From the NCBI RefSeq assembly GCF_018977255.1, contig NW_024704743.1, positions 64,668,001 to 64,732,000 on the forward strand: DNA of 64,000 nucleotides, given 5' to 3'. Origin of the DNA: Callorhinchus milii (Eukaryota). Position numbers and translations under genes: made by a program. The notes below the pieces were generated by a model. The model was not told the DNA's origin. It made no database searches and saw nothing but the letters and a program-made list of their open reading frames with translations. Below, in pieces: positions 51,655 to 64,000 of this stretch. The stretch's first letter is position 1. The number at the start of each line of letters is the position of its first letter.

Positions 51655-53178
51655 GCTACCGGCCCATCTCCAACCTCCCCTTTCTCTCCAAGGTCTTGGA
51701 AAGAGTTGTCGCCTCCCAACTGCGCTCTTTCCTTTCCACCCATTCACTTTTCGAACCCCTTCAGTCAGGTTTCCGTGCTGCCCATAGCACAGAAACTGCC
51801 CTGGTCAAGGTCACCAATGATATCCTGACCATCTGTGACCAGGGCTCCCTCTGTCTCCTCGTCCTCCTCGACCTATCGGCAGCATTCGATACGGTCGACC
51901 ACGCTTTCCTACTCCACCGCTTGTCCTCCCACCTCAACCTTCAAGGCACTGTCCTTGAATGGTTTAGGTCGTACCTTTCTCACCGTCTTCACTTTGTCTC
52001 GACGAATGGCTTCTCCTCCACCCCCCGTACTGTCTCATGTGGTGTCCCTCAGGGCTCTGTCCTCGGTCCCCTCCTCTTCACCCTCTATATGCTCCCCCTC
52101 GGTGACATCATCCGCAAACATGGGGTTAACTTCCACATGTATGCGGATGACACCCAACTCTACCTTTCCTCCTCTACTCTCAACTCCACGACCACCGATG
52201 TCCTGACAGCCTGCCTGTCCGACATCGAGTCCTGGACGAGAGACAACTTTCTTCAGCTCAACGTGCGAAAAACCGAGGCCCTCCTGATTGGCTCACGTCA
52301 GCGCCTCCGCACCTCAGGCGCTGACACCATCAGCATCCAAGGCTGCACTCTCCACCTCTCAAAGCCAGTCAGGAACCTCGGCGTTTTGTTCGACCCTGAG
52401 CTGTCCTTTCTCCCTCACATCCGCACCACAACTGGCACCGCCTTCCATCACCTCCGGAACATCGCCAGACTACGCCATTACCTCACCCCTCACGCTGCTG
52501 AAACCCTGGTTCACGCCTTTGTCACCTCAAGGCTGGACTATGGGAACTCTCTCCTCGCCGGCCTTCCCGCCACCTCCCTCCACAAGCTGCAGGTCATTCA
52601 GAACTCTGCAGCTCGTGTACTGTCCCGCACCAGGCTTCGCGACCACATCACTCCCACCCTCGCTCGCCTCCACTGGCTCCCCATCCCCCAGAGGATTGAT
52701 TTCAAGATCCTCATCCTCACCTACAAGGCCATTCACGGCCTCGCTCCCTCCTACCTCTCCAACCTACTATCCCCCTACCTACCTGCCCGTACCCTCCGTT
52801 CCTCTGGCTCTGGTCTGCTCCACGTCCCCCGCCCCAACCGCCCTACCATCGGTGGTCGGGCCTTCAGCCTCTCAGCCCCCAGGCTCTGGAACTCCATCCC
52901 CCAGTGCCTTCGCCGCTTCCTCCCTTTCCTCCTTCAAGGCCAGTCTCAAAACCTTTCTCTTTGACCATGCCTTCAGCTCCCCTCATGACTCTCTTCCTCC
53001 TCCTCGCTCCCTCCCTTCCCTCCCCTCACCCTGACCATTTCCCCCCTCCTTGCTCCCTCCCTTCCCTCACCCTGACCATTTCCCCCCTGCTCGGGTCATG
53101 ACCCAACTGTGCAGCGCCTTGGGACGTCCTCCTGACGTGAAAGGCGCTTTATAAATGGAATCTTGTTGTTGTTGTTGT
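51655..53178 (+). mobile_element. Young 5'-truncated L2 LINE with near-intact RT (ORF 51696-52964)
   Basis: [43 protein letters not shown] and LHWLPI motifs; 3' stem-loop and (GTT)n tail. Confidence 0.95.
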
Positions 53179-53329
53179 CTCAAAATTTAAGATTACACAG
53201 GATTGAGTAAAATTCTTAGATTCAGTCTCTATTTCAATGTTGGTTTTGAACATTTTATCAAAGCTTCTAAAGACTAAATGGAATTTCAGGTCTATTTCAT
53301 CAACCTGCACATTTGCTGACTCCACCTCA

Positions 53330-54010
53330 CAGAGCCAGTGCAGAACCTCAGTGTGTTGTCTATCAAACTCTACATCCTAGCTCTCACTATCCCTGCTTTC
53401 CCTTACTTCCACAACATCCCTGCCTCCACCAGTACCTCTCTCCTTTAACACTCCATCCCTCCCTTCATCACCTCTAGGCTTTGTTACGCCAATGCCCTGG
53501 AATTTCACTAGACTCTCTAGCTCCTTCCAACATAAGCTGCAGACTGTCCAGAATTCTGCAGGCAACTTTCTCCCCACACTGGTGTCTGCAAGCCCACCAC
53601 CCCCATCCTTGCTCCATTGTGTCCCTGTCCCCCAGCAGATCCAATTCAAGATTCTTGTCCTTACTTTCAAATGTCTCCATGGCCTCTCCCCACCCTACCT
53701 CTATGACCTCCTGTGATCCTTCTGCTTGGTAGCTCCCTCCTCTCAGCTAACACAAGCAAGCTTCATGTCCTGCAGCACCTCACCATCCGTGGGCAAGCTT
53801 TCAGTCATTTTGTCGCCCCCTCCCTTCACCATGTTCAAACACCATCTCAAAGACCCTTCTCATCAACCACACTTTGGCCACCTTTTCCTCTTTATCAATT
53901 CCCCCCTCCCCGAGCTCGGAGATCACCATTCGTTGTGTGAACCATTTTTAGACATCCTTTTGACATGAAAGGTGCTACAGTATGTTCATGTTAATTTTTG
54001 TTGATGTTGG
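53330..54010 (+). mobile_element. Old L2 3' fragment
   Basis: KLQTVQNSA and IQFKILVLTFKCLHGL. Confidence 0.75.
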
Positions 54011-54686
54011 AATGGGATGAGAAGGTCTTCTGGCAGCTCCCTTCTCTCAGAGAACACAGGCAGTCAGCTGTGTGGAGTCTCTTGCTATCATCTGTGCCAA
54101 TCCACTGTGAGGAGCTAGACAGCCCTGCATCACCAGAGCAGTGGTTGCAGTGAGTGGGGATGGTGTCAATGCTCCAGACAGTGAGGTGGGGAATAGTGAA
54201 GATCTTAGTGCTGGGAAATGCCCCTCTGCATTTGGAAAATCAGGTTCTTTTTGAAATGCAAAGAGTGCAATTGTGGTGTCTTTCCACTTGAGCAATGATC
54301 CCAGCAAGATTGAAAACTGAAAGTTAATTTAGTTCTTCTTAAAATAAAAGACCTTGCTTTAATTAAAATTCATTGATGTTTTATTACCGTATATAGAAAG
54401 CAATACGGAAACTCAGACATGCTATATTTATCGGTGAATCACACCTGTTTAATCTAAACCCAGCTAGAAAAGTGAAACCAGGCCGAACAGTCAATGGAAA
54501 TTATAGATAATGTGGGGAAATTCCTTAAGTTAAAAAGAGAAACAATTCGCAGATCACATTATCAAATTTACTGTGCTCATATATAAGGGCTGAAATTCTA
54601 CATAGGTGTGGCCTATAAAACTATTTTGTCTTAAAAAGATCACATCAGATTATGGAAAATTCTTAAATTCAAGGTGAATTTTATTT

Positions 54687-55070
54687 AGAATCATAGAATC
54701 ACAAAATATTACAGCACAGAAGGGCCCATCGTGCCTGTGCCGGCTCTTTGGAAGAGCTACCCAATCAATCCCACTCCCCTGCTCTTTCCCCATATCCTTG
54801 CAAATTGTTTCCTCTTCAAGTACCTATCCAATGCTCTTTTGAAAGTTGTTATCGAATCTGTTTCCAGCACCTTTTCAGGCAGTGCATTCCAGACCGTAAC
54901 AACTCTGTGTAAAAATAATTCTCCTCATCTCCCCTCTGGTTCTTTTGCCAATTATCTTAAATCTATAACCCCTGGTTACCAACCCACCTGCCAGTGGAAA
55001 CAGTTTCTCCCTGTTTACTCTATCAAAATCCCTCATAATTTTGAACATCTCTGTTAAATCTCCCCTTAAC
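54687..55070 (-). mobile_element. CR1 LINE 3' end
   Basis: LRGDLTEMFKIM..FDRV..EKLFP..TRG translation; (ATTCTATG)-type tail. Confidence 0.88.
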
Positions 55071-55104
55071 ATTTAATAACTGTGGAAAATCAGCTTCCAA
55101 ATTA

Positions 55105-56030
55105 AGACTGAGGATGGAATTCCAGAGAGTGGGGGCAAAGCGACTGAAGGTCCACCTGCCAATGGTGGGACAGGTGAGGCAGGAGACATGAAGCAGGCCA
55201 AAGCTCACTAGTGGAGGGAGCGGGCAGGTTGGTAGGGGATAGGATATCGCAGAGGTACGGGGGAGCAAGGCCATGGAGGGCTTTGAAGGTGAGGACCAGG
55301 ATCTTGAACTGTATGCTCTGTGTGATGGGAAGCCAGTGGAGTCGGGCGAGGATGAGGGTGATAGGGTCGTGGAGCCTGGTGCGGGAGAGAACACAGGCTG
55401 CAAAGTTCTGGATGATCTGCAGCCTATGGAGGGAGGTGTTGGGGAGGCCGACAAGCAGGGAGTTTGTATAGTCGAGCCTGGATGTTATGAATGCGCCTAT
55501 GAGGATCTTGGCGGCCTGTGGTGTGGGACAGTGGCAGAACCGGGCGATGTTATGGAGGTGGGGAAGACAGAGAGGATCATGGCATGGATGTGGGGTAGAA
55601 AGGATAGTTGAGGGTCAAACAAGCTGCCAAGTTCCAGGACTGGCCCTAGTGAGGTGGAGTGTGCAACCATGGATGGTGATGCTGTCAGTGCCTGAGGTGA
55701 GGAGGTGCTGTTGGGAGCCAATCAGGAGAGGAGAGCCTCGGTCTTCAACTGAAGAAAGTTCGCTCTCATCCAGGACTTGATGTCTGACAGATATTCTGTC
55801 AGCATAGTAGTGGTCCTGGAATCGAGGGTGGAGGCAGAGATAGAGTTGGGTGTCATCCGCATACATGTGGAAATTGACTCCATGTCTGTGGATGATGTCA
55901 CCAAGAGGGAGCACATACACATTGAAAAGGAGGGGACCAAGGACAGAGCCCTGAGGAATGCCACACAAAATGGTGCGGGGGCTAGAGGAGAAGCCATTTG
56001 TGGAGATGAATTGGAGACGGTGTGAGAGGT
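55105..56030 (-). mobile_element. L2 LINE fragment (RT C-terminal half)
   Basis: [10 protein letters not shown] and YADDTQLY in ORF 55615-55968. Confidence 0.9.
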
Positions 56031-56047
56031 AGGATCAGAACTATTCA

Positions 56048-57275
56048 ACCACAACAACAACTTGCACTTATATAGCGTCCTCCACGCAGGGTAGCAGCTC
56101 AAAGCACTTAAGAGTGGCGTAGCCTGACTCTGAGCTGGAGGGAGGGGGGAGGTGGTGGTAAGCACGGACGAAGAGGAAGGTTTTCAGGTCGGACTTGAAA
56201 AAGGGGAGAGAGGTGGCAAAGCGGAGAGATTGAGGGAGAATGTTCCAGAGTTTTGGGGCGTAGTGGCTGAAAGCACGACCTCCGATGGTGGGGCGGAGAG
56301 TGCGAGGGACCAGTGCCAGTCGAGCGTAGGTGCCGGGTGATTGATTGGGGAGTCAGGAGGTCAGAGAGGTAGGGAGCTGCCAGAGAATGAAGGGATTTGA
56401 AGGCCGTGGGGATGGTCTGGGTGGGATGGAAGGGGACATGGGTGGGAGGATGATGCAGCTAAGTGAATGTTTTCAATCTTTGAGGTGAAGAAGTCTAGGA
56501 CCTCTTTGCACTTGACGTTTGACGTGAGGATAGAGGGGGTTTGAGGGGTGCACAAAGGAGGTGATGGACGGTGGAAAACAGCGTCTTTGGATTGTTATTT
56601 GCCTCCAGGATGACTTTGGAGTAAAAGTCAGTTTTGGCCTGTGAGAGGGAGAGGCGGTAGGTGCCAAGGTGCTTGAGCCACAGCTGGCAGTGAAGCCTGA
56701 GGCCAGATTTCTGCCATCTGCACTTGAGCATCCGGGTTTGTGTTTTAAGTGAACGGAGATGACTGTTGTACCAGGGGGAGCGGGTGGGTTTGGAAACAGC
56801 CCTGGATTTCAGGGGAGCCAGGGAATTGAAGGTTCTGGCAAGACGGTCATTCAGCAGCTTGATGGCTGCATCGAGATTGCTGCGAGTGGAGGGACAGAGG
56901 GATAGGTGGAGAGGGCATTTGTGAGGGACTCAGCGGGAAGCTTTTTCCAGGGGTGAAAAAAAATGGTGAAGGGCTTGGAAGAGGGGAGTGGAATGCGGGA
57001 GGAGAGGGAGATGAGGAAGTAGTCTGAGATGGCCTTGTCCGTGATGGACAGGTTGGAAATGTCAAGGCCATGTGTGATGACGAGGTCAAAGGGGTGGCCA
57101 CGGTTGTCGGTCAGTGAGTTGTTGTGGGAGGTGTGGTTTAGGGAGGAGACGAGGGCAGTGAAGTCAGAGGAGGTGGAGGTTGAAATCCCCCATTATCAGC
57201 AGGTGTTCAGTGCAGAGGGACAGGGATGAGAGGAGATATCAGTGAGGAAGGAGCCAGGGGGTTTGGGTGTGGGGC
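56048..57275 (-). mobile_element. Composite L2 fragments (3' end 56048-56410 plus endonuclease/linker segment 56440-57275)
   Basis: (CAA)n tail; similarity to the L2 at 59000-59900 (FYSKVILEA.N.PKTLFST). Confidence 0.75.
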
Positions 57276-57294
57276 TGTAATTAGAATACAATAG

Positions 57295-60200
57295 AAAATT
57301 ACATTTGTGAAGGGTGGGCAGGGAGCCTGAAGGCCCAACTTCCGATGGTGGGGCGGGCTGGATGGAGGACATTGAGCAGGCCGGAGCCTGCTGAGCGGAA
57401 GGAGCAGATGGGTTGATAAGAGGTTAGCACGTCGGGAGGATGTCCCAAGGCGCTGGACAGAGTACAGCATTTCAGACCCGAGCTGGGGTTGGGGGGGGAG
57501 GGGAGGGGAAGGGGCGATGGCCGATTGCATGGTCGAAGAGGAGGGTCTTGAGGCGGGACGAAGGAGGCTAAGGAGTGGGACGAGGCGGAGTGACTGGGGG
57601 ATGGAATTCCAGAGGTCGGCTGAAGGCTCTTCCGCCAATGGTGGGGCAGGTGGGTTGGGGGATGTGGAGCAGGTCAGAGCCGGCTGAGTGGAGGGAACGG
57701 GCGGGTTGGTAGGGGGTTAGGAGGTTGCAGAAGTAGGGTGGGTTGAGGCCATGAAGGGCTTTGTATGTGAGGACCAGGATCTTGAACTGGATCCTCTGAA
57801 GGATAGGGAACCAATGGAGTCGGGCGAGAGTGGGGGAGATGGGGTCACGGAGTTTGATGTGGGAGAGGACACGGGCTGCAGAGTTCTGGATTATCTGCAG
57901 CCTGTGGAGGGAGGAGTTGGGAAGGCCGACAAGCAGGGCGTTTGCATAGTCGAGCCTGGAGGTGATGAAGGCATGAACAAGAGTTTCAGCGGCCTGAGGG
58001 GTGAGGTAGTGGCGGAGTCGGGCGATGTTACGGAGATGAGGGAAGGCAGAGCGGGTCATGGCTTGAATGTGGGGGAGAAAAGACACATAGGTTCCTGACT
58101 GGCTGGTGAGTTGATGTGCAACCATGGAGGTTGATGTTGCCAGAGCCTGAGGTGCTGAGGCGCTGGCACGAGCCAATCAGGAGGGCCTCAGTCTTGTTCA
58201 TATTCAACTGTAGGAAGTTTGCCCTCATCCAGGACTTGATGTCCGACAGGCAGTCTGTCAGAACAGCAGTGGTCCCGGAGTTGAGGGTGGAGGCAGAAAG
58301 ATAGAGTTGGGTGTCATCTGCATACATGTGGAAGTTGACCCCATGTCTGCGGATGATGTCACCAAGGGGGAGCATGTAGATATTAAAGAGGAGAGGGCCA
58401 AGGACAGAGCCCTGGGGGACCCAGACGTGACAGTGCGGGGGCTGGAGGAGAAACCGTTAGATGCAACAAAGTGGAGACGGTGAGACATACAGGAATCAAA
58501 CCAGGCAAGGGCAGGTCCGTGAAGATTGAGTAAAGTGGAGAGGTGCTGTACAACGATGGAGTGGTCGACAGTGTCGAAGGCTGCAGAGGGGTCGAGGAGG
58601 ACAAGGAAGCAGACGGAGCCCTGATCACAGATATTCAGAATGTCATTAGTGATTTTGACCAGAGCTGTTTCCGTGCTGTGGGCAGCGCAGAAGCCGGATT
58701 GGAGGGGTTCAAAGAGGGAATGGTGAGAAAGAAAGGAGTGGAGCTGGGACTTAACGACTTGTTCCAGGACCTTGGAGAGGAATAGGAGGTTAGAGATGGG
58801 GCATAACTGGAGAGGAGGGATGAATCCAGGGAAGGTTTTTTCAAGATGGGGGTGATGACGGCTGTTTTTAGGGGATGGGAACTGAACCGGTGGACAAGGA
58901 GAGGGCGATGTCATCGGACAGAAGAGGGGTCAGAAGGTGGAGCTGGGAGATGAGGAGAGAGGTAGGGATGCGATCGAGGGAGCATGTGGTAGATTTGAGT
59001 TTGCGGACAATCGTGGTGAGGGAGGAGGGAGAGATAGGTTCGAAGGAGGATGGGTGGGGGGTGGATCATGAGAGAGGTGTTGTGGGGGTGGCTGTGAACA
59101 GGGCTGAGGTGGCTGAAGGTATCTCCTCGATTTTAGATTTGAGGAAGTCCAGCATCTCCTCACAGTTGGAGTTTGAGGAGAGGATGGGCAAGGTATGGGA
59201 AGGTGGACAGAGGAGACGGTTAGTGGTGGAAAAGAGAAGCCGGGGTTGTCCTTTGCCTCCAAGATAACCATGGAGTAGAAGTAGGATTTGGCGGAGGCAA
59301 GAGCGCAGCAGTAGGTCTTGGTGTGGTGAAGCCAAATCTGCCGATGGACTGTTAGTTTAGATTTGGTCCAGGCACATTCGGCAGCTCGCACTTGTGCCTT
59401 GAGGGAATGGAGGTGGCTGGTGTACCGGGAGATTTATGGGAGTATGAGGCAGTTCGGGAGGTGAGGGCGGCAAGGGAGTCCAGAATAGAGGAGAGGGTGT
59501 TGCAGAGAAAGGAGAGCAAGGAGGGAAGATCGGTCAGTGAGGGCCAGAGGTGTAGGAGTTCAGATGACTCCAGGGCAGTGGAGAGGGAGAGGGAGGAAAT
59601 TTTTCCATGGACGGTATGTACTGGTGGAGGGTTGGGAAAGCGGAAGGAGTACTGAGGTGTTGAGGGAGATGAAGTGGTGGTCCGAGATGGTTTTATCGAT
59701 GATGGTGATGTCCGAGATGGTGAGGCCCCAGGTGATCACCAGTTCAAGGGGGAAGCCATGGACGTGGGTGGGGGAGTGAATGAGGAGGGAGAGGTTGAGG
59801 GAAGAGAGGAGGGAGGAAAAGTCGGCAGAGGTAGAGCAGGAGGGGGTGAAGTGGAGGTTGAAGTCGCCTAAGATAAGGAAGCGTTCAGAGCAGAGGGAGA
59901 GGGAAGATAGGAGGGTGGAGATGTCCGAGAGGAAGGTGGGGGAAGGCTTGGGGGGACGGTAAACAAGGAGGATTTTGAAGGAAAGCTTGGAGGGGTGGTA
60001 GAGGGTAAAGTGTTCAAAGGAGTAAGGGGAAAGGCCGAGGGTGGACCAGGAGATGAGAGCCATACCACCACCACGGCGATTTGGCCGAGGGGTTTGGTGA
60101 AAGGTGTAACCTGGAGGTGTGGCCTCAACTCGTGGGAAGGTGTCGCCTGGGGTGACCCAGGTTTCGGTGAGGGCAAGGTTGTCGATATTTTCCTCGACAG

Positions 60201-60676
60201 TGAGGTCATGAATTGTGAGGGACTTTGTTGGTTAATGAGTGGACGTTCTGCAGACCGATGCGGAGGGGACAGTTAGTTGTGGGAGTGTAGGGGGGATGAG
60301 GGGTGGGAGGGGGTGGGCAGGTGGGTTAGATGGGGATGTGAGTGAGGGAGGAAAGGTTGGCTCCGTTAGTGAGGGCCGGTGGGCTTTGCAGCGAGAGTGG
60401 GGCAAGGGGCAGTCAGGGTGGGTGATGTAGAACAGCCGACGGCGTCTACCACGGTGGGCATGTCGAAGAATGTGAAGGGAGGAGCAGAGTGAGGATGTGG
60501 GGGAGTCGAGGAGGGATAAGAGTCGGGGGAGGTAGAGGGAGAGGAAGGTTAAGCGGGAGTAGTGGAGTGAAGGGGATGGGGTCAGGAACATCTTGGGGAA
60601 ACAGCTCGGGTCAATTGCGGCAGCCAATGTGCGCACGCTGAGACACGGAGCGGACAGAGTGTTCAGCGAAGCATGG
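57295..60676 (-). mobile_element. Near full-length degenerate single-ORF L2 LINE (5' UTR, N-terminal basic region, APE endonuclease, RT, 3' tail)
   Basis: Frameshifted ORFs give [60 protein letters not shown] and LHWFPI in the expected order over about 3.4 kb. Confidence 0.9.
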
Positions 60677-60679
60677 TTA

Positions 60680-61590
60680 GCCCGCTGGGCTGGTGAGGCT
60701 CAGTGAGGAGATGGGGGCAGTAATGGAGGCAGTGATGTCTTCCCAGTGAGTCAGCAGGTCGGAGAGGTAGGAGGAGGCAAGGCCATGGAGGGTCTTGAAG
60801 GTGAGGACGATAATTTTGAAATAAGAGGGCAAGAGAGGAGGGATGGCAGAGGGTGAGGTGCTCAAAGGAGAAACAGCCAGAGAAATGGGTAGATAAAGGG
60901 AAGTTTGGGAAATGAGGGCCAGCCCACCACCATGTTGGTTGGGGTGGGGGGTGTGGTGAAAAGTGTTGCCAGGAGGGAAAATTTCAACGAGGGGAACAGG
61001 GTCACAAGGAGAGAACCAGATTTCCATAAGCCCAGGAATATCAATAGTGGTCACGACTTAGGTGCCAGAGACCGGGAGGGAAGGGAGGACGAGGTAGCAG
61101 AAGGATAGTAAAATTTACACTATATTTACCCTACCCTGGTGCATTTGAAAATGGTGCCTCGAAGTGACATCACGCAGTGAGATTCGGACGTTGTTCAGGC
61201 GGGGGATTTTGAAATGACATCCTCGCACCTGAAACAACTGAACCTCTGCTTTGCCGGTCACTCACCACCGCTCGTCACCCATAGCTTCGGCAGTCTCTCA
61301 CTCCCATTGTACAGGCGGGAGATTTGAAATTTCTCGCACTGCAGGTGCCCGCTCATGCCCGCCAGTGCCTGCCCAAGCCCAGCTTTCGTCGACCGACCCT
61401 TCAACCGTCGCTGCTCGCATCTTCTCTCTTCAAGAACAGAACCATGAAGATTGAGGTGAGAGGAAAGGCGGTGGAGGAGGACAGAGTGGTCAACGGTGTC
61501 AAAGGCAACAGAAAGGTCAAGGAGGACTAGGAGACAGAGGGAGCCCTGCTCGCAGGTGGACAAAAGTTGATTCTGTGCTGTGGGCGCTTA
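60680..61590 (-). mobile_element. Short L2 fragments with an intervening unrelated GC-rich segment (61130-61430)
   Basis: FKIIVLTFKTLHGLA and [16 protein letters not shown] translations. Confidence 0.7.
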
Positions 61591-62053
61591 ATAATTGCTT
61601 AATATGATAGTACAGAACATCATATTAAGTAATTATGATGCTTAATTATTGCTTAATGTAGTGATCTCCGATATCATATTGGATGGAACGTGAGTTCCAA
61701 ATGCTAACTGTTTCCACTTGTTTCTTTTGCTGGTGTTTATATTCTTACTGGTGTGCTAACTCTCTTGACTCAAACTGTACCTTGAAGTGACTAATTGCCA
61801 AGTGCTTTTCAGCAGCACGTGTATTAAACTGTGTAAAACAAACAGTTTATTCTTGGTTAATATCAATGATTCAAATTAGGTTGTAAATTTACGAATGCTC
61901 TTAAAACTACTAAGAGTTAGTTTCGATTTTAATGGATCAGGAGATCAATTACTAGTAGCAGAAATTCACAGATTATATGGCTGCAAACCAAACAACAATT
62001 CAGACTTTAAAATGGTAGGCTTCAGCACACTGAATTGTTTTAATGCTATAAAT

Positions 62054-62378
62054 GTGGAGTCCTGTAGCTCAGTGGTTAGAGCACTCGCTTTGCAAGTGAG
62101 AGACCTGAGTTCAATTCCAGGCAGAGGGCGAAACCTTGGGCAAGTTTCCTTACTCCACACAGAGCCTAATAATAATCCCTCCAAAACCCAAAACAATAAT
62201 AAATTGGTCATTTTCAATCTACGGCTGTTTGTGGGACATTGCTGTGCGCAATTGGCTGCCGCGTTCGCCCACAAATATACAGTCAATTCACTTTACAGTG
62301 TGTTCTGTGAAGCGCTTTGGGACGTCCTCCCGACGTGAAAAGCGCTATATCAAATGCAAGGATTATTATTATTATTAT
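62054..62378 (+). mobile_element. Young tRNA-derived SINE
   Basis: Nearly identical to 8958-9300. Confidence 0.93.
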
Positions 62379-63569
62379 AAGAAGATGCTTCAATAGAAAT
62401 CAAGGATGAAGCATACAGCATTTTGGAGATTATGCACTTATCTACTGGTTGCAAATCTACAAGAAACACTGAGCTTTATATACTGTACCACTTTGGTCTA
62501 ATAAACTCTTTTGGTGAGTAACCGATGTCTCAAAATACACAAGACAAAATAAATATTGCAAGCTTGATCACAATGCTAATGTTTTTGCAATAACCCGTGC
62601 AGAGAAATTCCAGCAAATGAGGCTTTGCGAATTTGGAATGTCTAATTCTCAGCAAATGTTCAGATTTATATCAGGATGGACGGTCTATTTAAATTGTGCA
62701 TTAATGTGTAACATAAAATAGCTGAATGTTTTCCAAATTAGAGTCATTTGGAACACAGAAGAAATTAATTTCCTGCAATCTTAGAAACCTTTTCTCCTTT
62801 GAAATTCATTATAATGTACGATGTTTGAGTAAATTAAATTTTCACTTACACATTAATGCATCAATTTCCTTATGGTAATTATGTGCTGGATGTGATATGT
62901 CACTAGTGGAGAAGGATGCACCCTTGCCATTAAACCTCTATCTCACTAAAATTATTACAAAAATTAAGACGAATGAGTAAAATCAAAGGTTCTGCTGGTT
63001 AGCTAATAGCAAGTAATCATAGATAAGTTGCTGATAGTATTGTAAATTGTAATAAGCATTTAATGACTCGTCATATAATGGGAAACAGTCAATTACAGAG
63101 CACAAGAGGGCACAGATGAGTTTGATTCAGATTGAAAATTGAGCCTTATTCATAGAAAGTTATTTAAAATACACAAAGGCCCTTAATAAATGTTTAAAGT
63201 GACTCAAAAAGTAGACTCCAGTTATCTCCTACATGCATATTTGGCTATTATGGACAACATGAAAGATATCTGCCTTAATGTTTTTGTTGGATTTTGCTTT
63301 ATTTAAAAATAAAAAATTGGCATCCCAAAGCAACTTCAGGCATTGAACATGGATGGTAGAAAACTTGAGCTGTTATACTATAAATTGAAGCTAGGATAAG
63401 TCAACAAGTCATAAGACTTAACGTTGGCCTGAGCGAGTGCTGTACATCCATCATCCCCTCTGCTCCATAATTGTCAGCAGTGCTTTTAGCCACTATTCCC
63501 TGAAACTCTGCTTTCAATCCCTCTGTCTTGCCCCCTTTTTGCATGTCTTCAAATCACACCTGAAGACTT

Positions 63570-64000
63570 TAGAATCATAGAATTATACAGCAAAGAAGGA
63601 GGCCATTTGGCCCATCGTGTCTGTGCCGACTCTTTGAAAAGAGCTATCCAAATCAATCCCACTCCCCCTCTCTCCCCCATAGCCCTGCAAACTTGTCTGT
63701 CCCAAATAATTATCTACTTCTCTTAAAAGTTGTTATCGAATCAGCTTCCACCACCCTTTCAGGCAATGCAAGGCAATGCATTCCAAATCTGCACAACTCG
63801 TGTGAAAAAATTTCTCCTCACCTCCCCTCTGTTTCTTTTAACAACTATTTTAAATTGGTATCTTCAGGTTACCAGCCCACCCGCCAGAGGAAATAGTTTC
63901 TCCTTGTTCACCCTATCAAATCCCCTCATAACTTTGAAAGCTTCTATTAAGTCTCCTCTTAACCTTCTCTGCTCGAAGGAGAATAATCCTAGCTTCCCTA
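63570..64000 (-). mobile_element. CR1 LINE 3' end (runs off the window)
   Basis: Homologous to 54687-55070; tagaatcatagaat tail. Confidence 0.85.

Noticed and set aside
51696..52964. 422-aa RT ORF as a host gene or autonomous element
   Set aside because: 5'-truncated L2 lacking endonuclease and a true start, with a frameshift near the C-terminus.
41157..64000. IKZF1 exons expected by synteny
   Set aside because: No C2H2 zinc-finger coding sequence or second CpG island seen; the gene presumably lies beyond the window.

Overview
Vertebrate nuclear DNA, most likely from a cartilaginous fish (inferred from the repeat content: L2 and CR1 LINEs, Deu-type SINEs, and a Penelope-like hammerhead fragment). 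It is very repeat-rich. Two protein-coding genes are supported, both on the + strand. The first is the terminal coding exon of VWC2/brorin (349-500). The second is a complete 9-exon SPATA48/SPMIP7 (C7orf72) orthologue (28695-41156; 1164 nt, 387 aa; all introns GT-AG with consistent phases). This is the conserved VWC2-[ZPBP]-SPATA48-IKZF1 block. No intact ZPBP was found in the 28 kb where amniotes carry it, only weak decayed look-alikes. The most notable non-coding signals are: (1) a 6x41-bp tandem array of RFX X-box/MYB/GC-box motifs in the SPATA48 CpG-island promoter, next to a 1.1-kb purine minisatellite; (2) a full-length single-ORF L2 whose 5' UTR shares a 20-nt motif with the core of the partner SINE; (3) a perfect 32-bp fold-back palindrome made inside an L2 copy; (4) an exact 89-bp local duplication fused to a SINE head; (5) a U2 snRNA fragment; (6) IRF/NF-kB and RUNX/ETS motif clusters on the side where IKZF1 is expected. 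Homology calls come from recalled sequences, not database searches. Repeat boundaries are approximate.
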